A DNA stretch of 64,000 nucleotides from Vicugna vicugna. Lineage: Eukaryota. Positions 29,990-42,800 of this stretch are shown piece by piece. How positions within the stretch are numbered: position 1 is the stretch's first letter; every line of letters begins with the position of its first letter. Both the position numbers and the translations under genes were made by a program. The stretch covers positions 6,017,684 through 6,081,683 of the forward strand of contig MU061814.1 of the NCBI GenBank assembly GCA_013265495.1. The letters are read 5' to 3'. Under the pieces are notes generated by a model. The model saw only the letters and a list, made by a program, of their open reading frames with translations. It did not search any database and was not told the origin of the DNA.

Positions 29990-31110
29990 ACCCGGCCCCT
30001 GGAGTTACATAAGGGGTGGGGGAGGTGGGCGGCCGTGCGTTAAAGAGTAACCTGCTCCTGGGAAGCCCGCCAAGGAGACGCGGCCCCCTCCCAGATCCCG
30101 CAGCTCGCGTAGCAGCACCCCGCGAGGAAGCCGGCCCGCCGGACGCCACGGCCTGCCGGCGCCGGGCTCGGGAGGGGGCGGGGCGTTGAGCGGGCGGGCG
30201 CGGGCCGCACCTCTTCCCCGGCCGGCGCGGGAGCGACCAGCGCGGGAGCAGACGGACGGGGCGGGGCCGGGCCGGGCCGCGGGGCAGGCCAATGGGCACG
30301 CGGGGGCGGGGCGGGGCAAAATCCGGGCAGCGAGGCGCGGGCGGCGGCCGATCCAGGGCGGGGGTCGGCGGCCCGGCCAGCCCGGCCCGGCCCGGCCCGG
30401 GGCCGCGTCCCGAGTGTCCGCCCTCGCCGCTGCAGCCTTGGTGCCCGGCCGGCCGGCCATGGAGGCCGAGCGTCCCCCGGCGCCCGGCCCGGGCTGCGGG
30501 GGTCCCCCTCCCCGCGCCGCCGGCCGGGACCCCGCGGCCACGCTCGTGTCGGTGCCCGCGCCGCCGCAGGTACCGGGCGCGGGGCACCGGCAAAGTTCCC
30601 GCTGCGAAGATGGCGCCGGGCTGCACGAACTTTGGGCCCCCGGGCGGGGCGAGCGAGGGCGGCACGTCTTCGCGCGTGTCCGTGGGGCCGGCGGGGCTGG
30701 GCCGGCGCCCGGAGCGCTTCCCGCCGCCGCAGCCGGGGGCGGGGCCGGAGGCGGGGCCGCACCGGCCACAGCCGGTTTCGGGGCGGGCGCCCGCGAGTTG
30801 GGGTGGCGGCGGGGTTGGGGACCCGGCCGCTGTCCCGGCTGAGCCGCCCGCGTCCGCAGGGCCCTGCTGTGGAGTTCGCGCTGCCTCAGGAGCCGGAGCC
30901 GCGGGCCGCGGACCTCGGGGCCCCGGGGGCGGGGGCGGGGGCTGCGGGGCCCCGGGCGCCTTTGGCGCACGTCCCGGTGCCAGTGCATAGGTGAGCCGGG
31001 GCCCGCGAGCCGGGCCGAGGGGGGCGTGTGCACACGTGCGCCCGCGTGTGCAGGGGTGGTGGGTGGGGCACGGGCAGGAGCCTTCCCGACCCCACCCCCG
31101 TAGAGGGCCT
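29990..31110. promoter_or_regulatory. CpG island / SLC2A4RG promoter and first exons
   Basis: Extreme GC and CpG density, multiple GGGGCGGGG boxes, CCAAT at 30289-30293. Confidence 0.88.
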
Positions 31111-33552
31111 CGGTGGAGGGCAGGTCAGGGTCCTGACCTGGGTTTCTGCTCCCACCTCCCAACTCTTCAGCCTTGGAGGAGTTGATCAGAAATGACCAAC
31201 GTGTTAGTAGGCCTCGTTCCCCCCAAACCATGGGGGCGAGTGCGCAGAACTAGGAGAGAGCGGTTGTCTGTGTCTGTGCAGAAGAGGCTGCGGGCCGGTG
31301 TGGAAGCGACTATCCAGGAATCCCGGGCCCCTGGTGGCCATCTCCCCGGCCCTGCAAGCTGTGAAACCCTCCAGGATGCCTGACACCCGCGCTGACTGCG
31401 CAGGCAGGGGCGGGCTCTGGTCTGGCCGGCGGGGGCCTGGGGCCCGGCTTGTGCTTGGAGCCCAGTCTCCCCTGGCTGCTGCTGACTGCTGGCTGCTCCC
31501 GCCCTCCCAGGCCTGGCACTAGGCCCACAGCTGCTGTTGCACAACCCTGGTTAATGTGTGATTGGGGGAGGGCTGGACCTGGCCTGGGCTGGCCCCACCA
31601 GCGGGGCCTCAGACCCCTGTCCAGCACCAGGGTCTGAAGACACCACCTGGAAAAAGCCCAGGCTGCAGAGAAGTCAGGCTGAGGGAGTACCCCTGCCCAG
31701 GCCAGTTCTTGGTGGTTCCTGGAGATTTGGGGCTTGGCCACCTGAGCTGGGGGTGGGTCTGGGCCTCCTGCCCAGCTCCTGGAGTGAGGGAGTCTGGTAC
31801 ACACACGTGCCCAGGCCTGCACGTGTACTGGGCCATGGGAGGGGCCTGAAGTACTTCCTGGGCCCCACCTGCACCCCGGCCCGCATCTCCTCCAGAGCCC
31901 CCCGAGGAAAGGCCCAGCCCGATGAGGTCATGGCTGCTGCAGCCCTCACAAGCCTGTCCACCAGCCCCCTCCTGCTGGGGGCCCCAGCTGTAGCCTTCAG
32001 CACAGGTGAGACTTAGAAGCCTGGCTTGGGGTGGGGGTGGTGGCAGGGCCCTGGACCACTGTCCCTCCAGTACCCTACAAGCCTCCAAGCCCCTGTGCAG
32101 TAAGCAGAGGCCCCCTATCCTGGAACACCATCTTCTAAATGCATCTCTTGAGGCCTAAAATGTACCTCAGGACCCCCTCTGCCCCTCACCGAGGCCCAAG
32201 CTGCAGTGCCCAGGCCCGTAGGCCTCTGTGATCTGTCCATCTCCTGGCTGGCTAGGTGTCTGCCCACACGGGACTGTTCTGTTTTTCCTTCCATGTGCTG
32301 GAGAGGCTAGTCAGCTCCTACTGTAGCCAACTCCTGACCACTGCCTCTTCCAAGAGGTCCTTTCCCACCAAGCTCACCTGAGAACAGGTGAACAGGTGGA
32401 GGCTCCGAGTTAAGGGCCTCGAAGCCAGTTTCTGCAAAGCAGCCTGAGCCCACCGGAAGTGCCAGCAGTGGCACTGGTATGTCCCTGCAGAGCCCAGCTT
32501 GGAGCCCTGGAAGGAGGCCCTGGTGCGGCCACTGAGCAGCTGCAGCAGTGGGGACTGGGGCTGGGACGTGGCCAGTGACCAGTCCTCTCCATCTACACCG
32601 TCGCCCCCGCTGCCTCCTGAGGCAGCCCACTTCCTGTTCGGGGAGCCCGCCCTGAGGAAGAGGAAGGTGAGCCTGAGGACAGCCCACTGGGCAGGATGGA
32701 CACAGGTGTCCAAGCCTGACCCCTGGTCATTGTCACCCAGAGCTCGCTGCAGGTCCTGTTCCAGTGTCTGTGGAAGCGCTGCGGGAAGGTGCTGAGCACG
32801 GCCTCTGGGATGCAGAGACACATCCGCCTGGTGCACCTGGGGTGCGGTGGGGCCGGCGGTGGGGGGTGGGGGGGCGGCCAGGCTGGGTTCCGCTTCAGCT
32901 CCACCCACCGCGCCCCCAGCAGGCGGCAGGCCGAGCCCGAGCAGAGTGATGGTGAGGAGGACTTCTACTACACAGAGCTGGACGTCGGCATGGACTCGCT
33001 GACCGAGGGGCTGTTCAGCCTGACCCCGGGGTCCCCCACGGCCTCCATACCACCCTCCTTCCCCCGCCTGGAGCTGCTGGAGCCCCCGGAGCCCCCAGCC
33101 CTGCCCACTCTGCTGCACCCACTGGCCCTGCCCCCACCCCCAGTGCTGAGCTCTGCAGCATCCCCCCAGGTGTGCCACAGTGACCATGCCTACCAGGTAG
33201 GTGAGGCCACTGGCAGCTGCTGGGTCCGGGTCTTGGGGTGCTCCGGAGGAGTGTGAGGCCACAGCTGTGTCTCCTCTCAGGGCTGCCAGGCACCCACCCT
33301 GCTGGAGCCACAGCCCACCCCAGCCCTGCCCGCCAAGCTTGGTGCCAGTCTAAGGTGCGTGTATGTAGAGGGGCTGGGGCAGGCACCAGGCAGGGAGGGT
33401 CCCAGCCCAGCAGCACCCATGGCCTCATGTGTCCCCCCAGGAAGCCCCGAGGTGATGCCAAGAAGTGCCGGAAGGTGTACGGCATGGACCGTCGGGACCT
33501 GTGGTGCACAGCCTGCCGCTGGAAGAAGGCCTGCCAGCGCTTCCTGGACTGA
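30459..33552 (+). CDS. SLC2A4RG: SLC2A4 regulator (GEF/HDBP1; C2H2 finger plus C-clamp/CR3 domain), 363 aa
   Basis: Exons 30459-30569, 30860-30990, 31896-32005, 32491-32666, 32741-32841, 32920-33196, 33281-33354, 33441-33552. Total 1092 nt. [80 protein letters not shown]. Confidence 0.95.
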
Positions 33553-33916
33553 GCCCCCCCACACCGAGGCCTTTCCTAGCTGCAGGGTTTTCTAACTAGG
33601 GGGGCCCCCACCATTCAAAGTGCCTCTGAAGAAACCAGCCTTTTGCACTAAAGCCAAACCTCACAGCTGTCCCCTTGGCCCAGGATCCCCAGGGGTGGCC
33701 GCCCCTGCCTGTCGGCCCTGGACTTGTCAGGGGTGTGATGAGCCCAGCTTTGTGGCCACGTGGGGCCCAGTCCTCAATGCACTTTGAGGGGGTGTTGGGG
33801 AGGGGGCTCCCCCACCTGCACTTAACCTGACCATTTGAGGGCCTGGGATGGACATTTGTACCGTGTTTTCAAAGCTCAGGTGTCTCAAGTCTGGGCCGAA
33901 CCAGGCGAGAAGTAAA

Positions 33917-33922
33917 ATTAAA
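33917..33922 (+). terminator. SLC2A4RG poly(A) signal ATTAAA (AGTAAA adjacent at 33911-33916)
   Basis: Variant hexamer followed by a T/G-rich tract. Confidence 0.65.
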
Positions 33923-34142
33923 GATTTGGGGTTTTTCCAAAAGCCGTTTCTGCCTCCTGGGTTGGGGAGGACATGGAACTGGGGTCCTGCCATGGGCAGG
34001 AGCAGTGGGTGGGCAGGCAGGAGGCCAGCAACCAGGCTGCCTGGGGGTGGGGGTCACTGGCCACCTGGACCCAGGTGAGGCTGGAGGAGGGGACACTGTC
34101 TGAAACACACAAGAGGCATCTACTCAAGCAGCAATTTCCCAA

Positions 34143-34148
34143 TTTATT
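34143..34148 (-). terminator. ZBTB46 distal poly(A) signal AATAAA
   Basis: TTTATT on + strand at the end of the AT-rich ZBTB46 3' UTR; a second TTTATT at 34995-35000. Confidence 0.7.
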
Positions 34149-36388
34149 GAAAGTGATCGCTTTGTAAGAATGTCTAACTAATCCCGTCACAGAAAGGCCC
34201 AGAGTGCGCCCAGGCAGACAAGAAATCTCAAGACCACTAGGCGAAGTGCTGTTCACCTGTCAGCGGCACAGGGAGCAGACAGCAGAGCTGTGACACCCCA
34301 TCGACTGATTACGAGAAACTCCCCCAAGTAATAAACACATCTCCAGCACAAACACAGGTTTGTAATAATTAATAAAAATCGGTATAGTATAGATTATCCC
34401 CAGAAAAAAGTCAACAGTCTTCAAACACTGCCTGTTTTTTGTCTGTTTTGTCTTTGTTGACAGGTTGAAAGCATGTTGAAAAAATAAATATTTAAGAGAA
34501 GCACACAGCGCCCTCACTACACGTAGTTCTAAAAAGGGCCGCACACGGAACACAACATAGGGTCTAAAAAACAGAAACACCATTAAGTATGGCTTTCTTA
34601 AGAGTTGCACATGTCACAGAATAAGCGAAAATAATATTATCTTTCATCATATTGCAAAAAGTTCCAGTTTTTGCATTTTCTCAGGGTTTTCTTTTTAAAA
34701 GGAAGATGTGCAAAGTTGGAAGCAGTAGCTGTGTCTTCAGCAGAGGCCCCTATCGAGTCCTGGCAGTGTTGTGACTGTCCCCCAGACCAGAGTCCAAACC
34801 TACAGCCTGGTCAGGATCCAGAGTTTGATACACAAGTCTTGGTTTCCCAGCCCCCCACCCCACCCACAAAGACCCTGCCACCTGACGGACCGTGTTCCAC
34901 GGCGTTGCCAATGCCAAGTACAGACACACACAAACAGAGAAGTACAAAATGTGAAATGTAATCTGCACGTCTTTTTCCTGTTCATAAAAAAATATTTATT
35001 AGTTTAAACATTGATTTGGGGGGAAAAATCACGTAAAAACACCATTACACGTTTTTTCCCTCCGTGCCTCCCGAGAGGCTATGTGTTCGTCTCATCTCTG
35101 AAATTCAGCACTGAGTTTACCGCACACGAGAACAAGCAACACTGGGGGCTCGGGGGCAGGAAGTGGGACCCTCAGTTTTCCTGGAAAGAACTGTTTCAGG
35201 GGAGAAAATGCCCCGGTGGCACTGACGGCAACACCCCGGAAAGGGGACAGGGCAGCAGGGGTGGTCCCGCACGGGGAGCGAGCAGGGCGGAGAGCGGGAG
35301 TCCTGAGTGCGGGCGGAGGTGGCCCGGGTCGTGGGCAGGACGGCCTGAGAGGTGGGCCCGGGACCAACCCAGAGACACTTGGTAGCGAAGGTCGGTTTCC
35401 AAATGCGTTTTATAAGAAAGGAAGTCTGTTTATAAAAGGGTTAGGAAGTTGGGGAAAGGGACACGGGTGAGCGCCCTGCTGACAGGCTCAGCCAGGTCTC
35501 CTGTGAAAGGCAGAAGGGGACCGGAGCCCCCAGCACCGGACCCCCCTCCCCCAGCCCCCGCGCCAGCCTTGAAGCTCACAGCTTCCCCAGCTGTGGGGGG
35601 GGGGGGGCGCAGCCCTCGTCTACGGATGGTATTCAAAACAAAAAACAAAGCTGTGACTTCTCCCCTGGGCAAGACTTCAGGTCAGCACCCTTGGCCAGCC
35701 GCCCCCAACCCCAGCAGCCGGGAGGCTGTGCTCCGGTCGCCACCACTGGCCCCAGACGGTCTGCGGGGTTTTCCTTTCTCTGCCTGGAAAACCGCAGGGC
35801 TGACGGCTGTGGGAAACGAGTGGAAAAGCCCAGCGCCACCTGTGGCGCCCCAGCTCAGCACCCAAGGGGTCCTGCAGTGACAGACAGACGGCCCGCGACA
35901 GGAGCAGCGAGCTGGGAGGCACGGAATGTCTGTGTCATGGGCCTGGTCAGGACCCGCGGGAAGGAAGACAGACCGGTCTGGGCCCTGCAACCTGGGAGGG
36001 AGACGTCCTCACAACGCAACGCAGGGCCTTGGCAGCTCAGAAAAGAGCGCTGACAGGTCGCGAGCAAGACCTGGAAACACGCCAAAGAAAAAGACAGCCC
36101 GCAGGCTCCGTCGCGAGGAGGATGACACTGAACAGAACCACTTCACGCGATTACCTGCTACCTTAGGACTCAGGCAGTCTGGTTACCCACGCGGGGAGGG
36201 GCGCGGCAGCGGGACACCCTCCAGTGTTAGCAGCAATGAAGGCAAGCCCGCCGGGAGGGTCAGCAGGACGGGCCTGGGCGGCAGACGGCCCGGGCCCTGA
36301 GAAGTGCACGCAGAACGTGGAGCAGGCCCTGCAGCGGGAGCACCCGGCTCCGCGGCCGCCCCACGGAAGATAGCACCTGGGAGCCCGG

Positions 36389-36442
36389 CCCGCGGTCAGC
36401 AGCTGCCCCGTGGTCAGCAGCTGCCCCGCGTTCAGCACCAGA
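36389..36442. repeat. 18-bp tandem repeat, three copies, in the ZBTB46 3' UTR
   Basis: CCCGCGGTCAGCAGCTGC / CCCGTGGTCAGCAGCTGC / CCCGCGTTCAGCACCAGA. Confidence 0.8.
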
Positions 36443-36893
36443 GCCCGGAGGCAGGGGGGCCGCGGGGCTTTCCGGACACGGGACCTGGACCCGGACCCTG
36501 CAGGGTGGCCGCAGAGCCAGTGGCCTGGGGTGCAGCGGCCGCAGGCAGTGACCAGGCTGCAGAGGCGGAGGGGGAGAGGGGGGAGGGTGGACACGGTGCC
36601 AGGTCTGCAGCTCCCGGACCTGAGCCCCCGGGGACGCACCTGGGAGCCCGGCGGTGTCCACCCATTCCTGGCCTCAGACCACAGTGCGCCGGAGCCCAGA
36701 CCGTGGGCTCCCCCGTTGTCCACCACTCCCACCTGCTGTGGAGACCACACAGCTCCCTGGCTGCCCCCGCACCCCGGCTCCACGCTCGGCTGGAGCCCCA
36801 CTCACTTCTGAACCCACGGGCTGGCATCTGCGCACATCGGGGGTGGGGCACACACGCCAGCGGCGGAGGCAGACAGGAGGCCCCAGCCCCAGC

Positions 36894-39800
36894 CTAGGAG
36901 ATCCAGGTGAAGTCCTTGTCGCCACCCCCTGCGGGGCTGTGGGGCCCCCGTGGCGAGTCCTCGTCCTCCTTGTCATCCCCCAGCAGCGCGTCCTCGTGGG
37001 CCAGGCCCACGTCGTCCTCATCCTCGCCCAGCTCCTCCTCGCCCTCGCCGCGCGGGTCCTCAGGGTCCTCTAGGTACGGCCCATCGCCAGCAAACAGCTC
37101 AGGGGAGCCCTCGGCGCCCCTGCTGTCCAGGGGCCCGGCCCCGCTGCGACCTGCGCAGTCTGCGCACACACCGTGGCGTCGCGAGCCATGCTTGATGCCC
37201 ACGCTGGCGGCCGACATGAACACGCGGCTGCACAGTTTACACACGTACTTCTTGTCCTTGCTGTGGACCTGCGGGGACAGGATGGTCAGTGCCGGGGGAG
37301 GGCGGTCAGTGCAGGCGGACAGCAGGCAACAGGCCTGCTCAGGCCCCTGACTCTGGCTGGGGCCACTGCACACACAGAACTGCAGGTGCCACCAACACTC
37401 ATCCCTGTCCAGAAGGGCATGGGCAGTCGGCGGGCTGTGTCCCTCCCCTCATCGGGGCTGGTCTGTCCAGAGCTCAGGTCTGCTTGAGGGTCATGCTGTC
37501 TCCTCTGCCTCGCTCCCTACATTTCTCTGCAGACGCTGAGCAATGATATCTGAATTCTGCCCTCTGAGGGGAGAAGCCCCCACAGCTGCTGGCTAGGGCC
37601 TGGAGGCCTGAGGGGGCCAGGTGGTTTGGAGGCCGGGTGATGGGAGCCCCAGGACAGCGGTGACCGGGAATGACTCAAGGCACCTGTCTCCTGAGAAATC
37701 CGGGCAGGGCGTCTAGGAGCTGGGCCAAGTGCGGACCTGGGCAGGAGGGCCGGGGGTTCGCCAAGGGGAACCCCGACTGCCACTTCAGTGCTCCTCCTAC
37801 CGCTGTGAACCCGCTTCCTAGAGTGACCAGTGCTGCCTCCCTCCTCTAGGCCCAGAGAACCCCGGCCCAGGGCCTGCGAGGACTGTCCTGGACTAGCCCC
37901 GCCCGCCGCCCACTCACCAGCGTGTGCCGTTTCATGTGCTCGCGCCTGGTGAACTTCTTCCCGCAGATCTCACAGGGGTAGGGCCGCTCGCCGGTGTGGG
38001 AGCGCATGTGCCTCTTGAGGATGCACTGGTGCATGGCCGAGAAGCTGCAGTACGGGCATTTGAACTTCTTCCTGATCACCGCGAACTCGTTGACTGGAAG
38101 ACAGCAGACGGTGTTGAGCCCGGCGCCATGCGCCCGCCACCCCCCACAACCCACTCGGACCCCTGCCCCGGAGCCCAGTCTCTACTCGGGCTTGGGCTTC
38201 CCTGCAGGGCTGATGTCCGGAGCTGCGGGACAGGCCAGGGCCCCAGGCCAGAGGTGACGGCCCCCACTTTCTAAGAACACTTCTCAGGTCAGCCAGCATC
38301 TCCCACATCAGCACCCAAAACACAGAGTCCACACACGGAGTCCCGGCAGGAACGCCAGCACGGACGCGGGCAGGAGCCAGCGGGGCCGCCGCCCCATCCA
38401 CACGTCTCACGCCCGCACGCCCGGACACCCGCGCGCCTGCGCACCCGCACGCCCGCACGTCCACAGGCTGGTGGCTTTACCCAGAGCAGAGCTGCTGCCT
38501 GGTGGACACAGCCCAGCAAGAGGCTGGCCAGCCCCAAAGGCACAGTGAGCCTCTGCCGCAGGGTGTGGGTCATCCCCACTCTCCCTCCCCTCATGAGGGG
38601 AGTTAGAAGTCGGGGTCCCCGGTGTCAGTCCTGCCATGCAAGGCCCCCCACTGGGTACAGAGGCAGCTCACCCCGAGTGACGCCACAGCCACCCCCTCTG
38701 GCGTCGGGGGCATCTGCCCTGTGCCCAGGCCCCAGACCCCCTCACCCCAGGCTCACTGGGGTTTCTGGGAGCAGCCCAAGTACTGGGCAGCATTTCCTCC
38801 CACGGGAGAAGCCTGGGGCAGCCGTCTGGTCTCCGGCGTCTGGGAGCAGCTTCCTGGCGCTCACACCGCCCACAACCTGGACGGCCACAGCGGACATCCG
38901 CCAGCTGTGCAGTGGCACCGGCGCCCAGGGGACAGACCCAGGGTCCCGACGGCCGGGCCAAAGGCAGGCTGGTGGAACCAACCCTAACCAGCAGGAGCGG
39001 GACCCTGATCAGACCCCTGCGAGCATCCAGGCACAGCAGGCTCCAGCCTCCATCACAGCCACCCCGGAGATGCCAAGAGGGAAGCAGATGAGAAAACAAA
39101 GGCCACAGTGTCACGTTGCCCACAGGAGTGGGGAGAGGCTGGGAAGCTGACCAGAAGCTGGCCCTCCTCGCTGGGGGGAGCCCGCCAGTCTGCTGCAAGA
39201 AGACCAGACAGCTTGAGAGCCCTGCACCCCGGACCCCGGGTCACACAGAGGCAGGGACCCTCACCACCATCTCCGTGAAGCGTGCCGCCTGGGCCCCCAC
39301 CCATCCTGCTGCTCGGACCCCCAGCCATGGGCATGTCACCACTGAAATGGCACCAACTGGGCGGCCCAGCACAGTGACCCTGAGCACTGCGGCCTGGACG
39401 CCAGGCCCCTGCACACATGTGAGGCTGCGCCGGCTCTGCAGCTCCATTCCTGAAACACGCCCGCTGGAGTGTGGGAAAAACACCGAGCGGAACATTTTTT
39501 CTGACTCGTTAAACAAGCTGTGCAGCCTCTCCTGAGACATCGTAAAGGGGGTCCATGCATCAAGCAACCAGATTTCTTTATCTTCCAGAACACAGGTCAG
39601 CGAGGCCATCTGTGGGTCTGCCAGGAGCCTGTCTGCTCTCCTGGACCTGAGAGCTCCTTACTCTGGGACCTCCTGCACCCCACAAATGCCAGGCCGTAGC
39701 GGGGACACACCACCCCAGGTGACCCTGTACCTGCTCAGGCCTGACCGCTGCCCCAGCTGAGGCCATCGCGGCCCCAGGACAGGGCTGTGTGGACGGCATC

Positions 39801-42800
39801 ATAGCTGATACGTGGCGCTGCCCTGGGCCCAGCCACCCATCCACCCCCTTCACGGTTTCCGTGCCCAAACGCCTGGGAATGGTCACCAGACACTGTCCTA
39901 AGAGGAGAGGCATTTTGGTACATGCAGGAGCATGTGTGAGCGCGTGTGGCTGGGAGCTGGGGCGGGAGGGCTGGCGCCTCCCGGGGAAGGCACACGAAGC
40001 AGGAGACGGGGACAGTCCTCGTGTCCCATCACACACAGTAACCACGGTCCACCACGTACCATGCTGAGACCACCTTTCAAGCCATGATTTTTATCTGTAG
40101 GTTCTTAAATGTGTGAGTGTGTCATATTTGATTAGACAGAAATCCTACTGTCGAACGTGTACGTTGTCTAGGTTTTCTACCCTGTGAATGATGCTTTGTA
40201 AGGTCCCCACGGGAGAACATCTGCACTCAGAGATAGACCCTGAGTCGCACGCCAAGCAGGCCCGTGCGCCGCTCTCTCAGCCTCCTGAGGGCACGGGGGA
40301 CACAGACCACGGCCACACTGCCAGCAGCACTGCACCCCGCAGACTCAGCCGGCGGGCCGGGGAGGCAACCAGAACGTCCAGCAGCTCTGCCATGGGTGAG
40401 GAGCCAGCCCTCCCCAGGCAGGGCTCCCATGCCCCGACGGAGGGCACCCCCAGCGGGGGGGTCCCGCGGAGGGTGCCGAGCCGGGAAGGAGGGACAGGCA
40501 CCCAGCCCGGCATGTCCAGCGCGGGACCCCCTCTGGGGGCTGGGCCAGGCACCTCCTGCTCTTTGCCTCGTCCCTCGGACCACTGGGCCCACCCGGCTGC
40601 CCATCACCGAGGCCGCACCAGTGCTGCCCGTGCGTCCCCACGGGTTCCCTCAGCATGAGACCTTGATTTTCGTGTCAGCATGAGACCTTGATTTTCGTGT
40701 CATCATGGAGTACAGCAAGGGTGCCACCCATTCTGGGGTGGAAAAGGAGACCAGGGAGGTGAGCTTTTAGGTTATTGTATTTAAAACAGCCTTTCTGAGA
40801 ACACAGTTAGCCACTGCTTCTATTCTGCTTCTATTCACACAGCAATTTAAACTTGAACGCTTATTCTAGCCTGTGTTTAACAACTCAGACCTACATGTTT
40901 AAGAAAGAACTTATCTCTGTACTAAGTTGCTGGGTTTTCCCCTAGAACAACAATTCAGGGTGCACAGACCAGGGTATGATGCGCCATCAGGGACCCCCCT
41001 CCGTCCTGCGCCTCTGGGGCCACCCCGCTGCAGGTGGCCCGCTTAGGACACGCCTTCCGAACTCGCCCCATGATGATGCACTTTGCTGTTTCCTTCATGT
41101 GTTATGAGTCTCTGTTGCTCATCTAACAAATACCACAAACTGGGCAGCTTAAAGCAGCAGAAGCCTATCCTCGTCCAGTCCTGGAGACCAGACGTCTGAG
41201 GTCAAGCTGTCTTGGGGCCGCGCTCCCTCCGGAGGCTCCAGTGGAGGGACCTTCCTGCCTCTTCCAGCTTCTGGGGGCTCCAGGCGTCCCTGGGCTGGTG
41301 GCCGCCTCCCTCCCGTCTCTGCCTCCGTCTCCACGTGGCTTCTCCCTATGTCTGTGTCTCTCCTCTTCTGTCTCTTTTAAGGATATTCATCACTGGATTT
41401 AGGGCCAACTTGGATATTTCAAGATGATCTCATCTTGTGGTCCTTAATTTAATTATGTCTGTAATAGGGTCACATTCACAGGTTCCAGAAGTTAAAACAT
41501 GCGTGTAATCCTCTGGGTGGGAGGCACCATGCTACCTACCGTGAACAGTACCAATTCTCATGAACACTAACAAAGCCTTACAAATTCATAAAGTGAGAGA
41601 GCGATCAAAACAAATGAAAAAGCACAAATGTTAAACTGAAACACTCTCCCCAGTCTGCCCTAAAAACAGAATCCTTTTTGTCTGGAATCAAGCTTCCAGG
41701 GTGAACAGCAACCTTGATAATCAGGAAGCCAAGTGAGAGGCTGGCACTAGTGTATTCAAAACATGAAGCTCAGTCACGCTGGGGTGCAACTTTACAGAAA
41801 TGCATCCGCAAGAACACCGCTCAGCAAAGCCAGCCCAGAGGAAGCAGGCCTCCGCCTCGCACTGCGGGGAAGCAGGGCTGTGGTAAACGTCGCTGGCCAG
41901 TGACGTCCCAGAGCAACTTCATGATCACACCCAGGACTCCAGAAAAGGCTAGAGGACCAAAGGCGGCCGCAGGCTGCCAGTGAGCACAGGGGGCTCTGCA
42001 GGAGGGCATGCGAGCCTTTCAGCCGTAACAGTCCTGGATTTTTATTCTTCCTCTGATTGTAATTTCTCAAGATGCTGCACTTCAAGTGCATTTCAGAAAT
42101 GGACTCAAACACGGACTTTTGCTTTTTCGTTTATAAACTTACAAGGCTACCGCTTTGTTTTGTTAGAATATAGTAAAGCTACGATGAGTCCTGATTATTT
42201 TAAGGAGGTTTTTAACCTTACGTGAAGCGCACAAGCTTCAGGTGTGCAGCTCAATGAGTTTTTACTCTCACACGGACCCAGGGAACCACTATCTGAATGG
42301 GACACGTGGCACCCCTTGCGCCCCGAGGCTGGTCGATGGCCGCCCTGCCCTCCATCACCAGATGCTGGCTCTGCGTCTCGGCCGGGGGTCCTGACCGCTG
42401 GCTGCAGCGTGGCTGGCTCGGCACAGAGGCGGCCTGGGCTTGCTGGCTGCCGGGGGGTCTTCCACGTGCCCAAGGACCACGTGCACGTTCTGCAGCTGAC
42501 GTGCACAGCGGGCCTCAGGCGGCTCTTGCGTGTCTTTTGGGGGACCAGGTTCTCCCTTCTGTTGGATGTGTGCCTGAGAGAGGACTCTATGGGCTCCACA
42601 GACACAGCCAAGGAGGCTTTTCATGGTGGCTGCACCAAAGTACGTTCCCACTGGCCATGCACGAGCCTGTTCCAGTCGGTCGTGGGCAGGAGTGCGGAGG
42701 GGCTGAGACCTGGCTTTCATCAGCATCTCCTGGCCCCTAGTGACCCCGAACCCTGGGTCACTTGGACACCCTCTTCAGTGAAGTGCTTGTCCAAGCTTCT

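Noticed and set aside
29973-31231. Overlapping 218-408 aa ORFs on both strands at SLC2A4RG
   Set aside because: Same CpG-island artefact.
35683-35702. REST/NRSE motif (also the half-site at 36431)
   Set aside because: Spacing is wrong or the right half-site is missing.
40651-40700. CRISPR-like direct repeat
   Set aside because: Two adjacent copies with no spacer, in mammalian DNA.
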